From Octopus sinensis (taxonomy: Eukaryota): a stretch of DNA of 64,000 nt. The stretch covers positions 45,074,001 to 45,138,000 of the forward strand of contig NC_043009.1 in the NCBI RefSeq assembly GCF_006345805.1, given 5' to 3'. Position 1 is the stretch's first letter, and each line of letters opens with the position of its first letter. A program made the translations under genes and the position numbers. The notes beneath the pieces are model-generated. The model was not told the origin of the DNA and searched no databases. It saw only the letters and a list, made by a program, of their open reading frames with translations. This document shows positions 38,476 through 52,537 of the stretch, in pieces.

Positions 38476-39268
38476 ATCCTTTCTTTCTTTCTTTCTTTCT
38501 TTCTTTTTTCCTTATTTCCCTTCTTTCTTTCTCTCTTTCTTTCTTTCTTTCTTTCTTTCAGTCTTTGCTGTTTTTTTTGTTTCTTTCTTCCTTTTTCTTT
38601 TTTTTATTGAACTGCAACACCAATACTAAATTGAATTATAGAACCACAAATCAAGAGATTCTTTATCGGGGAACAATATCCGTAGTTTATTCACAATTCA
38701 TCTCCTGTTCACTGTAAATTAGTAAATTATGTTTCCGAAAAAAAACCCAAAAGATTTTCGGCCCGGGATGCTTAGAATATGCGCGCGCACAAACACACAG
38801 ACACACACACGCGCGCGTGTGGGTGTACATGCATAAACCAAGAGCACGTGAACAGCATATATATTGACGTACGTACGACTACCCAGACAAAAAACAAATA
38901 AATTAAGTTTTCCCAGACCCACTGGAAGCGAACGAAAGGTGAAACAGAGTAAAGCAACATTTTAATAATTCGAGATGTAACTTTTATAGAATTCATTCAC
39001 GTGAATTTTGTTCCATTCGTGGACATTATCTGTCAGTGTTAAATATCTATTGAACTCGTTTCAGATCAATCGATTTTTACCGTAGTCGCAAAATTCAATT
39101 TAGCTTTATCCAAAATTTTAACTTTAGTACGTTCATAAACATATGTATGTATATATATGTATTATGTATGTATGTAAGCACATATACACATGATCTTTAT
39201 GTCTAGGGAACATCCTGGACATATCCATATATCAAAGTGAGGACATACACACGTAATAGGGTATATGG

Positions 39269-39304
<36 letters not shown>

Positions 39305-39654
39305 ATATATGAATAAAAAATGGAGTTAACGTAGATGTAATCAAATACACTCATCTATTATAATATATATATATATAATATATATATATTATATATATAT
39401 ATATATATAATGTACATGAGTGTGTGTGTGTGTCTATGTATAAAGATATGTATATGTGTGTATATGATTCTGTTATACGCAAACAATGCACTTACAGGGT
39501 ATACATATTATGTATGCTATATGTACGCACATACATACGCTCTCTCACTGTCTCTCTGTTACACACACACCCACACACATACACACATGATCTTTATATC
39601 GCAGACGTCTGGATATAAATATAGTGACCGAAATATACTTCTACTATGTATGTC

Positions 39655-39688
<34 letters not shown>

Positions 39689-39826
39689 TGTATGTATGTA
39701 TGTATGTATGTATGTATGTATGTATGTATGCATCTATCTATCTATGTTTGAACATGTTTCTATGTATGTATCGATGGATGTATATATGTATGTGGACATG
39801 CATATATATATGTATATATACATGTT

Positions 39827-39861
<35 letters not shown>

Positions 39862-40161
39862 TCATAAATACAACATACATACAATATACACATCTATATA
39901 TATATATATATATTTATATGTCTGTGAATGCGAGCGCGCATATATATTTATCTATGAGCATATTGTGAAAACGAGCGCGTGATTGAACAATTCGGAGACA
40001 ACATGACCAAATGGTTGGTTCGGAAGTTCGCTTTGTAATCATGCGTTTCAGAGTTCAATTCTACGATGTGGCGTTTTAGTAAAATACTCTCAGTGACTGA
40101 AACCGGTACTGAAATGTTTTTTATAAAATTATTTTAGCAATTTCTATCTTGACTTCTTTTT

Positions 40162-40203
<42 letters not shown>

Positions 40204-40569
40204 CTAATGAAGGCGGGTTTATAGGGTTACTCTGTGTTTTTCGCCATAAAGGGTATGTTTATGGCGTATTTTCAGACCCTAAAACCTGCCGGCCTATGGC
40301 CTCTTTAAAATATGGAGTGGGAAACGATACATATTTTTTTCGTCCAAATGATTTTGAAGACTGCGGAATAAATGATATCAGATGGAGCAATGTCCGGCGA
40401 CACATACAGATGAGGATTATCTTCCATTGCTGCTGGTCATCGGCCTCTGGCTGTGTCGTCCTCCTTCAGCTACGCGACCTGTCGGCTATGAGGGTAAAAG
40501 GTAGGGAGTTATCTCTCACTCTCATCAGCAATCAATTTCTAGCTGTGGTGTAATTATAGCTATTATCGC

Positions 40570-40728
40570 TATTATGCGGTTCCCAAAACGCTAACAGGAA
40601 ACTGCTGAAATGCAAGTAGAGCCTGAAAATTTCTGTTCTGGAGTTCAGTATGGTCCCTGGTACGTGCGAGATTTTCAGGATTTCCGTGCGTTCGGCTATG
40701 CATACCTTGCAGCGTTTCGTTCCATATA
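40570..40728 (-). pseudogene. PLE GIY-YIG C-terminal fragment
   Basis: GTKRCKVCIAERTEILK..ILNSRTEIF; cut at its 5' side by the mariner insertion at TA 40729-40730. Confidence 0.7.
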
Positions 40729-40730
40729 TA

Positions 40731-41595
40731 TTTGGGGGCATCCCATAAATAATGCGGCTTTTTTAATTGCATGAACTAAAAGTCGGAGGGGGACGGGATA
40801 AATTACTTGCATCAACTTGCTAGCAAAGCAGGTAGTAATTATACCTTGGCCTTATTCTTACTGCAAGTTTTGAAGAGTGCAGTTCCATCTTAACAATAAT
40901 TTTTCAAAGCTATAATGGAAGTGACAAAGGAGAATATTTGGCATATTTTGCATTATGAGTTCAATAAAGGAAACAACGTATCGGAAAGTGCGAGGAATAT
41001 TAATGAAGTATATGGGGATCGGACAATAAGGGTCAGTGTCAACGGTGGTTCCAGAAATTCGGTGCCGGAAACTACAGCCTAGAAGACGAGCCTCATCCTG
41101 GAAGATCTGTACAGCTTGACGAGGAGGTTATGCAAACCCTGGTGGAACAAAATCCCATCGTAACTGCTGAGGAACTAGCAGAGAAGCTTGGATTTGGTCA
41201 TTCAACCTGTCAGCACCAGAAGAAAAACGACCATCTTTGGTTTCAAGACGAAAGGCGTTCATCCACCAAGATAATGTTCGGCCACATACAGGCTTGAGCA
41301 GTTTGAATCGGAAACGATTCTCCACACACCATATTCGCTGGACATTGCACCATCTGATTATCGTTTATTCCGCAGTCTTCAAGATCATTTGGACGCAAAA
41401 AAAAAAATGAATTCTGTAGAGGTCAGAACAGTAGTGGAGAATTATTATTCGTCACGGACAAGTAAATTTTGGAAGAGGAGCCTTGCAAGTCTATCAGAAG
41501 AGCATTGAAGAAAATGGAGACTATATTTTAGGTTAAAAAAGAACTTTGTTTATCGTAAAAGGAGGTATAAAAAATCCGCATTATTTATAGGATGA
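40731..41595 (+). mobile_element. mariner transposon, internally deleted, both TIRs present
   Basis: TIRs gcatcccataaataatgcggctttttt / aaaaaatccgcattatttataggatga flanked by TA; MEVTKENIWHILHYEFNKG..RWFQKF..LEDEPHPGRS..EELAEKLG HTH, then HQDNVRPH and APSDY. Confidence 0.92.
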
Positions 41596-41624
41596 TATAT
41601 ATATATATATATATATTATACATA

Positions 41625-41872
41625 TTCTTTTATTCGCTTCAGTCACTTGACTGCGGTCATGCTGGAGCATCGCCTTTAATCGAACAGATCAACCATATAT
41701 ATACGACGGGCTTCTTTCAGTTTCCGTCTACCAAAACCACTCAAAAGGGTAAGGTCGTCCCGAGGCTATAGTAGAAAACACTTGCCTAAGGTTCCACGCA
41801 GTGGGACTGAACACGGAACCATGTGTCTATGTGGCTGGTAAGGAAGCTACTTACTACACAGCCATTCCGATA
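41625..41872 (-). mobile_element. SINE family A, internally deleted
   Basis: Tail start, central domain and head in reverse orientation. Confidence 0.82.
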
Positions 41873-42917
41873 TATACAGCCCCCCCCCATATATAAATGT
41901 ACATACAAACGTTATTTCTCAGACATATATATATTCTATGTCTGCAATTCCATTATTGATTTCCACTGATCCAAAAATATGTCTCCTGATTCTACAGATA
42001 TATTGCAATCAAATTTATGACTATTGATCTGTTACTTAATCCTCACAATAAAATTAAGTAAACTTTGTAATTTAGCTTTTAGTAGCAAGTAAAAATTCAC
42101 AATTCATATTTTCATACATATGTATATCTCTATCTATTTAGGTATATGTATCTATGCGTGTAAGTGCGCATATATATACTTACACACACATGAATATATA
42201 TATATATACATATGTGTATATATGTATATATGTATATATGTATATATGTATATATGTATATATGTATATATGTATATATGTATATATGTATATATGTATA
42301 TATGTACGTGTATATCTGTCTGTCTGTCTAACTATGTATCTATCTTTCTTTCCTTCTTTTTTTCTCTCTATCTTTTTATGTATACTTTTGTATGTCCCTC
42401 TTCTGCTCCTTCCCATGTGACTTTCCTCGATTTATTTTCGGATATCATATGAATCCACCGCCCATCGATACTCCCCACACCTTATGTATATTATATAACC
42501 GAGATTTAGCCCACGTCCCCTCCCACTCTCCGTCACTCACTCACTCACTCACTCACTCACTCACTCATTTTATCTCTCTACGCCCCAGTCTGTCACAACT
42601 TCTATACGGACGACTTCTCAATTCAATTGGTTGGGTTATTGGAACTGCTGTGTATAAGGAACAAGTGAGAGCGTGTGCTATTTAAGGGGAGAGAATCGCT
42701 AAGTTTCATTTTGTCTCTTTATGTTCAGAAATCATTATCAAAGAATGAAAAGAGGGAAAAGCGGATACATTATTTGCATATAAATCTTTCATTAAACTTT
42801 CCAGTATTATTATTATAAACACCTCTATAACCAGCTCTTCTCATTTGCTCCCATCCCAACTCTTAATCCTTTATCATTACCTTCAATGTGTTCTCCACCT
42901 ACGTCGTGAACTATACT

Positions 42918-43126
42918 CTTTTACTTGTTTCAGTCATTTGACTGCGGCCATGCTGGAGCACCGCCTTTAGTGGAGCAAATCGACCCCGGGACTTATTCTT
43001 TGTAAGCCCAGTACTTATTCTATTGGTCTCTTTTGCCGAACCGCTAAGTGACGGGGACGTAAACACACCAGCATCGGTTGTCAAGCAATGCTAGAGGGAC
43101 AAACACAGACACACAAACATATACAT

Positions 43127-43198
<72 letters not shown>

Positions 43199-43354
43199 GA
43201 CAGGCTTCTTTCAGTTTCCGTCTACCAAATCCACTCACAAGGCATTGGTCGGCCCGGGGCTATAGCAGAAGACACTTGCCCAAGATGCCACGCAGTGGGA
43301 CTGAACCCAGAACCATGTGGTTGGTAGGCAAGCTACTTACCACACAGCCACTCC
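42918..43354 (-). mobile_element. SINE family A, full length
   Basis: All modules present with a long internal (TA)n. Confidence 0.92.
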
Positions 43355-43611
43355 TGGTTGAAGCATTTTAATAAACCATTCTTTATTAGGTTTGATTCCA
43401 TCTTGAACCTTATGTTCTTTTGACCTTAAACATTTTAATCTCCGCCCTAACCCTATTAATCTAAACACGTGAATGTTATCCTCCATACTAAGAGTGAAGA
43501 AAAAAAAAGAATCCTAATATGGACGCTGTACCTTCCTCTAAGACTAGAATGTTTTTAAACTATAATTTATTCCTTATGATAATCTTCTTTTGAAATAATA
43601 TTCTTTTCTAA

Positions 43612-43815
43612 TCTAGGCACAAGGCCCGAGATTTTTGGGAAGGGGCCAGTCGATTGGATCGACCTCAGTTACGCAACTGGTATTTAATTTATCGACCCCC
43701 GAAAGGGTGAAAGGCAAAGTCGACCTCGGCGGAATTTGAACTCAGAGCGTAAAGACAAACGAAATACTGCTAAGCATTTCGCCCGGCGTGCTAACGTTTC
43801 TGCCAGCTCGCCGCC
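43612..43815 (-). mobile_element. SINE family B
   Basis: Reverse complement of the 14674 family with an alternative 3' end. Confidence 0.88.
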
Positions 43816-43989
43816 TTTTGAAATAGTATTGAAGCTGCGTTTTGTTTGAATTTCATCTACTAAAATAAATAAATAAATAAATAAATAAATAAAACGCCGA
43901 TAAATCATGCTCCAGTTTTAAAATAAGTACTGGGTAGATTTCAATGATTGAAATCCTTCAAGAAGCTGACCATTGAGCGAGAGAAGCGA

Positions 43990-44069
<80 letters not shown>

Positions 44070-44257
44070 CAACAACAACAATAATAATAGTTATAATAAT
44101 AATGATAATAATAATAATAACAATAATAATAATAACAACAACAATAATAATAGTTATAATAATAATGATAATAATAATAATAATAATAACAACAACAATG
44201 ATAATAATAGTTATAATAATAATGATAATAATAATAATAATAGTTATAATTACAATG

Positions 44258-44300
<43 letters not shown>
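43990..44300. repeat. (AAT)n/(AAC)n microsatellite with higher-order units
   Basis: Read directly; aataatagttataataataatgat repeated three times. Confidence 0.97.
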
Positions 44301-44301
<1 letters not shown>

Positions 44302-44479
44302 CACTGTGCATTAATGATTTCAGTTTGTGTGCAAGGGTTGTCCTGGAAGTTTGTAGATTTATCTATAATTTCTTTGTCAACGAAACGTGGTTATTGCTAT
44401 TTTCCCTGGCATGTCATGGGTGGGGGGCACCACACTTTTGGAAGACCGTTTGCATATTTGTTAGTTTATAACTTTGAAG

Positions 44480-44675
44480 GCGCATGACTTAGCGGATAGG
44501 GTATTCGGCTCACAATCGTAAGGTCGTGAGTTCGATTCCCGGTTGGTGCGTTGTGTCCTTGAGTAAGAAACTCCGTTTCATGTTGTTCCAGTCCACTCAG
44601 CTGGCAAATATCAGTCGTTTGTTCCGTCGATCGGAACAACTAGAACCCTCGTCGTCGTAACAAACAGAATGCCAG
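44480..44675 (+). mobile_element. SINE family C, decayed
   Basis: tRNA head, CORE-like gttgtgtccttgagtaag, tail cctcgtcgtcgtaac. Confidence 0.8.
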
Positions 44676-45076
44676 ATAGTTTATAACGTTAAAGAGGGTC
44701 GTTACTTATTGAGTCCCTAAAATCTTGAAGTACCGGTTTATATACTAGACCCACGCTGGTTTTTGTTTCCGGTTGGCTGAAGGGAAATTTCCTTCAAATC
44801 ACGATCTGCTATCTTTAAATGATGTGCCTATGTTGACTATTTTATTTTTTGATACACTATGTCTTAAGAACCACAAAGATAACGCTTTTGTTTGTGTCTG
44901 TTCAATGACAGTTCATCAGAATCGGTCGGTTAGAAAAGGACGATATTAAAAGAGCGTCTCTGGAAGTGTTGCGGGAAACTGCGAAATGTCAATGGACAAC
45001 AACAGCAGTAACCACAACAGCAACAACAATAACAGCAACGATAACAAGAAGAACGACAACGACAACAACAACAGTG

Positions 45077-45262
45077 GAAGCGCAATGACCCAGTGGTTAG
45101 GGCAGCGGACTCGCAGTTGTGAGAACGCGGTTTCGATTCCCAGATCGGGTATTGTGAATGTTTATTGAGCAAAAACACTTAAGTTCCACGAAGCTCCGGC
45201 GGCGGGTGGCGGTGAACCCCGCTGTACTCTTTCACCACAACTTTCTCTCACTCTTTCTTCCT
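45077..45262 (+). mobile_element. SINE family C, 3' truncated
   Basis: Matches the 29747 copy head and body. Confidence 0.85.
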
Positions 45263-45679
45263 ACTGCTGCCATAAAGCACAGGAACCATGGTGCAACTCA
45301 CTATGGTGTGGTAAACTTTCAGACCCTGGTCTAGATTGCGAATCCTCTGTTCCCCAGGATGGTTCAGCTCTCCACCCGTTAAAAAGTCACCGTTTACGGA
45401 ATGAGGATAACAACGTAGCTTTCGTGCCCGTGCAACCGCCAGTCTATCGCGTGTGGTGGGTGGATCTTCAAGTTGCCACACACACTCTTAGTAGCTTAAA
45501 GTAGGCTCGAATTAGAGATTATTATTTGTGGCTAATGGCGTGAGTCCTGATTCGAAGAAGAAGAAGAAGAAGAAGAAGAAGAAGAAGAAGAAGAAGAAGA
45601 AGAAGAAGACGAACAAGAAGAAAAAGAAGACAACAACAACAACAGTAACTACAACAATAGCAAAAATAATAGAAATAAC

Positions 45680-45992
45680 TGGCACTCCGTCGGTTACGAC
45701 GACGAAGGTTCCAGATGATCCGATCAACGTAACAGCTTGCTCGAGAAAATAATGTCCATGTGGTTGAGTACACCACAGACACGAGTAACCCCTAACGTAG
45801 TTTTCAGTTAGAATCAGTGTGACGCAGACAAGGCTGGTGTGATGCTGACAAAGGCTGGTCCCTTTGAAATACTAGTACTACGCATTTTTGTACTGTAGTA
45901 ACGTGAAATATAGTGTCTCGTAGCCGGGAATCGAACTCACGTCTTAATGATCGAGAGCCGAAGACCTTAACCAATAGGCCGCACGCCTTCAC
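45680..45992 (-). mobile_element. SINE family C variant
   Basis: Reverse complement has tRNA head and the family C tail. Confidence 0.8.
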
Positions 45993-46364
45993 AGTAACAA
46001 CAGCAGTGATAACATGATAAGCAAAAATCGTAATAACATTTACAACATTAATAACAATAACAATAAAAGCGGCAGCAACAGTAACGGCAATAGTCACATT
46101 AACAATGACGGTAAGAATAATGTAACTACAAATGTAACAGGAATAGCAACAACAACAATATCAACAACCACAACAACGGTTGTTTGTTACATATAGAGCA
46201 TTGTGTTATTTTTACCTAAAATGGAGGTAGTTTTTGTTTTTTTTGAAACCTATCGAAACGATACGGTTTAGACGTCATGAATCTGGAAAACGTCTGAGAA
46301 CAGAGATTATGTATAAACGTTTCTCTCACTCTCATCCCCTCTCCCTTTCTCTCTGTATGTATGT

Positions 46365-46395
<31 letters not shown>

Positions 46396-46679
46396 TATAT
46401 ATATATACACACACACACATATATATATATATACACGTGTATATATATATATATATGTATTGAGTACCTTATTTACTGTGGTTAACCCCGAATCAACCCG
46501 GGACCTACATATATATATATATATATATATATATAAACATACGTACATGTATGTATGTGTGCATGTATGTATCTACTTATCTATATAAATTTATACAAGT
46601 AGATGGTCATATATATACGCACATATATAAAAATGGTTGTGCATATGTATATGTGCAAATGTATATCCATGTGAGCGTG

Positions 46680-46710
<31 letters not shown>

Positions 46711-47113
46711 GCATATATACACATTTGTAAGAATATACATAAATCCCATATCACTTATTGAGTGCCCTTTTCTTTCGCTGATATGTGTGTGTGTGTGTAT
46801 AGCTATATTTATATGTTTATGTATCTATCTATTTCTCTCTCTCCCTCTCTCCCTCTCCCCCCTCTCTCTCTATCTATCTAATCATTGAAAGAATCAATAA
46901 TGGTTAGTGAAAAAGAACAAGTGGAAAGATCCATTTTCATTAAGTAATGGCTGTAAGAACGTGATGACAGAATTGGTAGAAAGGATCTCTGCTGGCACAA
47001 GAGCTTAGGAAATGCAACAGTTATTGATGACAACTACTGTAGAGAGGATGATGGCATAATTCTAATAGGAAGCCTGAAACAAAACACGTGCGCGAGCACA
47101 ACCGAGAGTGGTT

Positions 47114-47213
<100 letters not shown>

Positions 47214-47346
47214 ATAATATATATATATATATATGTATATATATGTATATATATATGTATGTATACATATATATATACATATATACATATATATGTATAC
47301 ATACATACATACATATATATATATATATGTATATACTAAGCCCTTT

Positions 47347-47392
<46 letters not shown>

Positions 47393-47615
47393 TATATATA
47401 CATATATATGTATACATATTTATGTATGGAAATATAAATTTCTATATGTATATATACACACACATATACTTATATATGGACATGTACTTACGGGAGAAAG
47501 CAAGGAGTGAAAATGGAAGAGAGAGAGAGAGGGAGAGAGAGAGAGAAAAAGAAAGAAATAGAGGATAATGAGGAAGAAGAAAGAAGATATAGTTGTCAAT
47601 GATCAGATTGAGAGG

Positions 47616-47658
<43 letters not shown>

Positions 47659-48014
47659 AGGGCGAGAGACAGAGACAGTAAGAGAGAGAGATAGAAAGAG
47701 AGAGAGAGAGAGGAGAGAAGGAGAGTAAGTGCAGAAGTTTGACTGAAACTGGAAAGGAAAACATCTCTAAGAAAAATAATAGAAGAAATAAACTAAATTT
47801 ACAAGCACATAGATCAACATTACTCCCCCAAAACTCCAGCAAAGAAAACCAAAACAGAAACAAAAAATTAAAAAGCAATAACAAAACTAAAACGCAGAAC
47901 ACAAGACACAGACAAACTCTCTCTCACACACACACACATACACACACACGCACACATACGCACACGCACTACAAACATGCACGCACTATCTCTCACATAC
48001 ACGCACACAACATA

Positions 48015-48230
48015 TTCTGGAATTTCGCGCTGGGCAAAATGCTTAGCGGTATTTCGTCTGTCGTTACGTTCTGAGTTCAAATTCCGCCGATGTCGACTTT
48101 GCCTTTCATCCTTTCGGGGTCGATAAATTAAGTACCAGTTACGCACTGGGGTTGATGTAATCAACTTAATCCCTTTGTCTTTCCTTGTTTGTCTCCTCTA
48201 TGTTTAGCCCCTTGTGGGCAGTAAAGAAAT
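48015..48230 (+). mobile_element. SINE family B
   Basis: Near-identical to 14700-14905. Confidence 0.9.
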
Positions 48231-48699
48231 ATATATTAAACTAATATTAAAACTACAAAGAGACGAGCGTAAAGAAACAAACTCAGACACACACATACGC
48301 GCATACACGTCACTCATTCACATAGACATACATATACACATACACACATATCTCACGTTCGTATACTCTTTCTTTGTGTTTCATACACACACACACAATG
48401 TACAATTTTTAAGGAACGGAAAGTAGACTAGTAATTGGGCAGAATTGTTATTTTATTTATTTTTTGTTTGCCTTTAGGAATTGGACTGTGGCCATGCTGT
48501 GGCACCAGCTACCACATTCTCGGGGTTAAACTGATTATATCGAAAGCAGTACTTTGTCTTCTTAGCATCGCTAAAAAAGACAAAGACATGGACATAAAAG
48601 ACACATCCATGACGGAACAGAATACTACAATAATTTATAGTTCGACGCACCTTATTCCCCACCTCCCACAGTTACATGCATACATTCTTTATTCTTTTA

Positions 48700-49282
48700 T
48701 TCCTTTACTTGTTTCAGTCATTTGACTGCGGCCATGCAGGAGCACCACATTTATTCGAACAAATGGATCTCAGGACTTAACCTTTGTAAGCCTAGTACTT
48801 ATTCTATCGGTCTCTTTTGCCGAACTGTTAACATACATACATGCAGCATGCACATATATACTATTCTTTCTTTCTTTTATTCTTTTACTTGTTTCAGTCA
48901 TTTGACTGCGGCCATGCTGGAGCACCGCCTTTAGTCGAGCAAATCGACCCAGGGACTTATTCTTTGTAAGCCCAGTACTTATTCTATCGGTCTCTTTTGC
49001 CGAACCGCTAAGTTACGGGGACGTAAACACACCAGCATCGGTTGTCATGCAATGCTAGGAGGACAAACACAGACATACACACACACATACACAAACACAT
49101 ATATATATATACATATATACGACAGGCTTCTTTCAGTTTCCGTCTACCGAATCCATTCACAAAGCATTGATCGGCCCGGGGCTATAGCAGAAGACACTTG
49201 CCCAAGATGCTACGCAGTGGGACTGAACCCGGAACCGTGTGGTTGGTTAGCAAGCTACTTACCACACAGCCACTCCTGCGCA
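48700..49282 (-). mobile_element. Tandem SINE family A copies (tail 48700-48830; full copy 48884-49282)
   Basis: Two successive ttacttgtttcagtcatttgactgcggccatg blocks. Confidence 0.9.
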
Positions 49283-49489
49283 TATACTACATTTTCCCAC
49301 ACACTTCGCGTCTACTAATGCTGCTCGATGCTATGTGATGTGACATTTTACCCAAGCTGCCATGATAAAAGAAATTAAGTAAGAAACCCATAAAAGTAAT
49401 TATAATGCCGAAATAATCAAAAACAGTCACACCAAAAATTTCACTTATTAAAAAATGGATTGTACTATGAGAACGGAGAGAAATTAGAG

Positions 49490-49815
49490 TAGTTGGGAAT
49501 ACACACTGGCTATCTGTTTAAAGGTACACAAAGCTATGGAACGTTCACACAGTTTGCATATCCAGTCTCGAACATCATCTTGTCATCCCATCTTGTCCTG
49601 AATATCGATCTACTGAAGCTGTTCAGGGACGCGCAACATGGCAATACTCTCCGTTATTCATCATACCTTGAACGTATTTCTTTTTGGGACATCGACATAC
49701 TAAAATTCTTACGCTTGGGCGCTCACTTGGTAGAAGCCAACAAGATTGTCTACTATCTTTCAAACAATAATTTTGACTACCTTTTCGAATTCAATACCTC
49801 TACCACTTTTGGACA
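49490..49815 (+). pseudogene. Highly decayed non-LTR RT fragment
   Basis: FRDAQHGNTL resembles RGVRQGD.LSP and AHLVEANKIV resembles HL.FADDIV at plausible spacing; weak. Confidence 0.4.
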
Positions 49816-50045
49816 ATATTATATATATATATATTATATATATATATATAATATATATATATATATATAATATATATATATATAAACAAATTAAGTAAGA
49901 AACCCATAAAAGTAATTATAATGCCGAAATAATCAAAAACAGTCACAACAAAAATTTCACTTATTAAAAAATGGATTGCACTATGAGAACGGAGAGGTTT
50001 TTGTTTTCCTCTGTCTTCTCTTCTCTGGATCTTTCCTTCTCCTAT

Positions 50046-50080
50046 GTTTCCGACGAAGAGCTCTGCTCGAAACGTTAAAC
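50046..50080 (+). ncRNA. Hammerhead-ribozyme-like motif of a PLE terminus (U4>C variant)
   Basis: gttt-CCGACGA-a-gagc(tct)gctc-GAAA-cgtt-aaac: helix I gttt/aaac, helix II gagc/gctc, palindromic ACGT helix III. Confidence 0.6.
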
Positions 50081-50179
50081 CCTCCTTCTTTCCTTCTTTC
50101 CTGAGCGTCCAATAATACAATATTCGTTCCACGTCCTCGCGTTGTTGTGTTTTTTGTGCTTTCATGTTTGGATTAACAT

Positions 50180-50246
<67 letters not shown>

Positions 50247-50261
50247 CCAGTGTAGCACCCA

Positions 50262-50400
50262 TTACATTCGGATTTTTTTTCACCCTCAGAATTGTCAATG
50301 TATGGAATAAATCTCACGTAAAAGCTGTTAACTATCAGGAAACTACATCCTTCAGAAATTCCTTGCTTCCTGAAATTTGCTAACACTATTGATGTGCTTA
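50262..50400 (+). pseudogene. CR1-type LINE 3' end, decayed
   Basis: FFTLRIVNVWNKS..TSFRN resembles the terminal FFT.RVV..WN.LP motif. Confidence 0.55.
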
Positions 50401-51598
50401 TGGATACTTTCCTCCTTAAGACTCTTTTACCGTTCACTTTTCTGTCTTGTGTTTTATTCTGTTTTACTCTGCACGTACTTTTTGGCCACATGACTTCACT
50501 GATTGTTGCAATCTGTGCCCTGTTTTGCTAATTTTTGACAAGTTGTGGTGCACCTGAGCACTGTATACAATAAACTTCTAGCAAAATCATTTGACCGTCG
50601 GACAAAATGCTTAGTGGCATTTCTTCCGGCCTTTAAGTTCAAATTCCGCCGCATTCGGCTTTGCTTTTCTACCTTTCGTAGATCGATGAAATAATTACTA
50701 GTTGAGCATTGAAGGCAATGCAATCGACTAATCCTCTTCCATACGAAGGACAATTAAAAATAATTCAGCCCAAAAAGGCTGGGTGTGTAATTTAAGGAAT
50801 ATTTGTCTGCTACTTCTAGCACATCGTATAACCACGTTGAAACTCACTCAATGGACCAGGAAAATTAAAATTTAGACCCAGTAAAACACTGGTTGTAGGA
50901 AGGCGTCAAAGTGGTCGGGAATAGTGCGATTTGAGGTAGACTTAGCGGCTATTTTCAGCTTAAATACCGCTTGGTTAGTTCGATGAAGAACCAAAGGAGT
51001 TCGAACTAAAACGTTGACAATGGTTTGGTAGGAGTTCTGGTCTTGAAAAGTGGCAAAGAAATCTAAAGGCTGCAAGGAATATTGGAAATATTCCTTGCAG
51101 AAATATTGCGAGCAGAAATATGGAATGGAAGGAAAGACAAATCGATAAAGTATTGTACATGGATTTAGTAGAAGATGAATGGTGGTGGTGTAGGTGGTCG
51201 TAGTACTAGTTTTGGGGATGGTGATAGTGATGACTGAGATGGTGGTAGTGGTAGGATGGCGGTGGTTATGGTGGGAGGAGTGCAGATAATTGCAGTGGTA
51301 GTGGTGGTGATGGTGATGGAAGGGGTGGTAGTGGCGTTGGAGGTAGCAGTGGGAGTATAGTGGTGTTGATGAAAGTGGTGAGAATGGTAATGTGCTGATA
51401 GAGAAGTGGTAGTTGTTGTGGTGGTAGTGGTGGTAGTGGCTGTGGTAGTAGTGGTGGTAGTAATGGTGGTTGTGATAGCGGGTTGGTAGTAATGAGGGTT
51501 GTGGCAAGTAGATGACTGGCGGCAGTAGAACTATGCCAATAGTGGTATCGATGGTGTTGTTAGTGATTGTATAACAACAACAACAACAACATCAACTG

Positions 51599-51656
<58 letters not shown>

Positions 51657-51941
51657 AAGTAATGGGAGTGGTGAGTTGATTGATATTATAACATATATAT
51701 ATACATACTAACATCATCATCGTGGAAATCTGATCGTTGCAGTCATCATAATCATCACGTCTACCACCACTACCATCACTAACACCATCATTATCATTAT
51801 CATTATCATCATCATTATCATGATCAGGATCACCATCATTAGAGACTGTTGTTGAGCTTATTTATTTGAAGATCAATATATTTGTTAGGAACACACACAC
51901 ACACCACACACACACACATACACACACACACACACAAACAT

Positions 51942-51993
<52 letters not shown>

Positions 51994-52320
51994 ACATACA
52001 GACACACATACACATGCACACACACACATGCACTTAGGCGCACATGCAAAATGAAACAACGATAAGCAAATCCTTTAAGCTCTACAAATATAGAAACGGG
52101 TGTGTGATTGTGACATGTGCTTGCATGTGTGTGTGTGTGTGTGTATATATGTATGAGGAGGAGTAAGAGTTGAGAGCGGAAGGATGTAAATCTCTTTGAA
52201 GAAGGAACCGAAATAACTAAACATATATACATACATAGACGCACACGTACATACGTAAATCCATTCATACACATATGTAGACATATATATATAATTAATA
52301 TGTATGCATGTGTAAAAAAT

Positions 52321-52370
<50 letters not shown>

Positions 52371-52498
52371 CATACAAATATTTATTGGTACATATATATG
52401 CATATGTATATATATATATATATTTAAAATATATGCAGATATGTATTATATATATGTGTGTATATGCATAAAAATGCCTATATATTTATACTTGTATG

Positions 52499-52537
<39 letters not shown>

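Noticed and set aside
43990-44300. Regularly spaced repeats resembling a CRISPR array
   Set aside because: Units are low-complexity AAT variants with no unique spacers; eukaryotic context, no cas genes.
50840-51060. Possible Tc1 C-terminal remnant (NLDPVKHW..LVSSM)
   Set aside because: Only two weak motif echoes with many stops.
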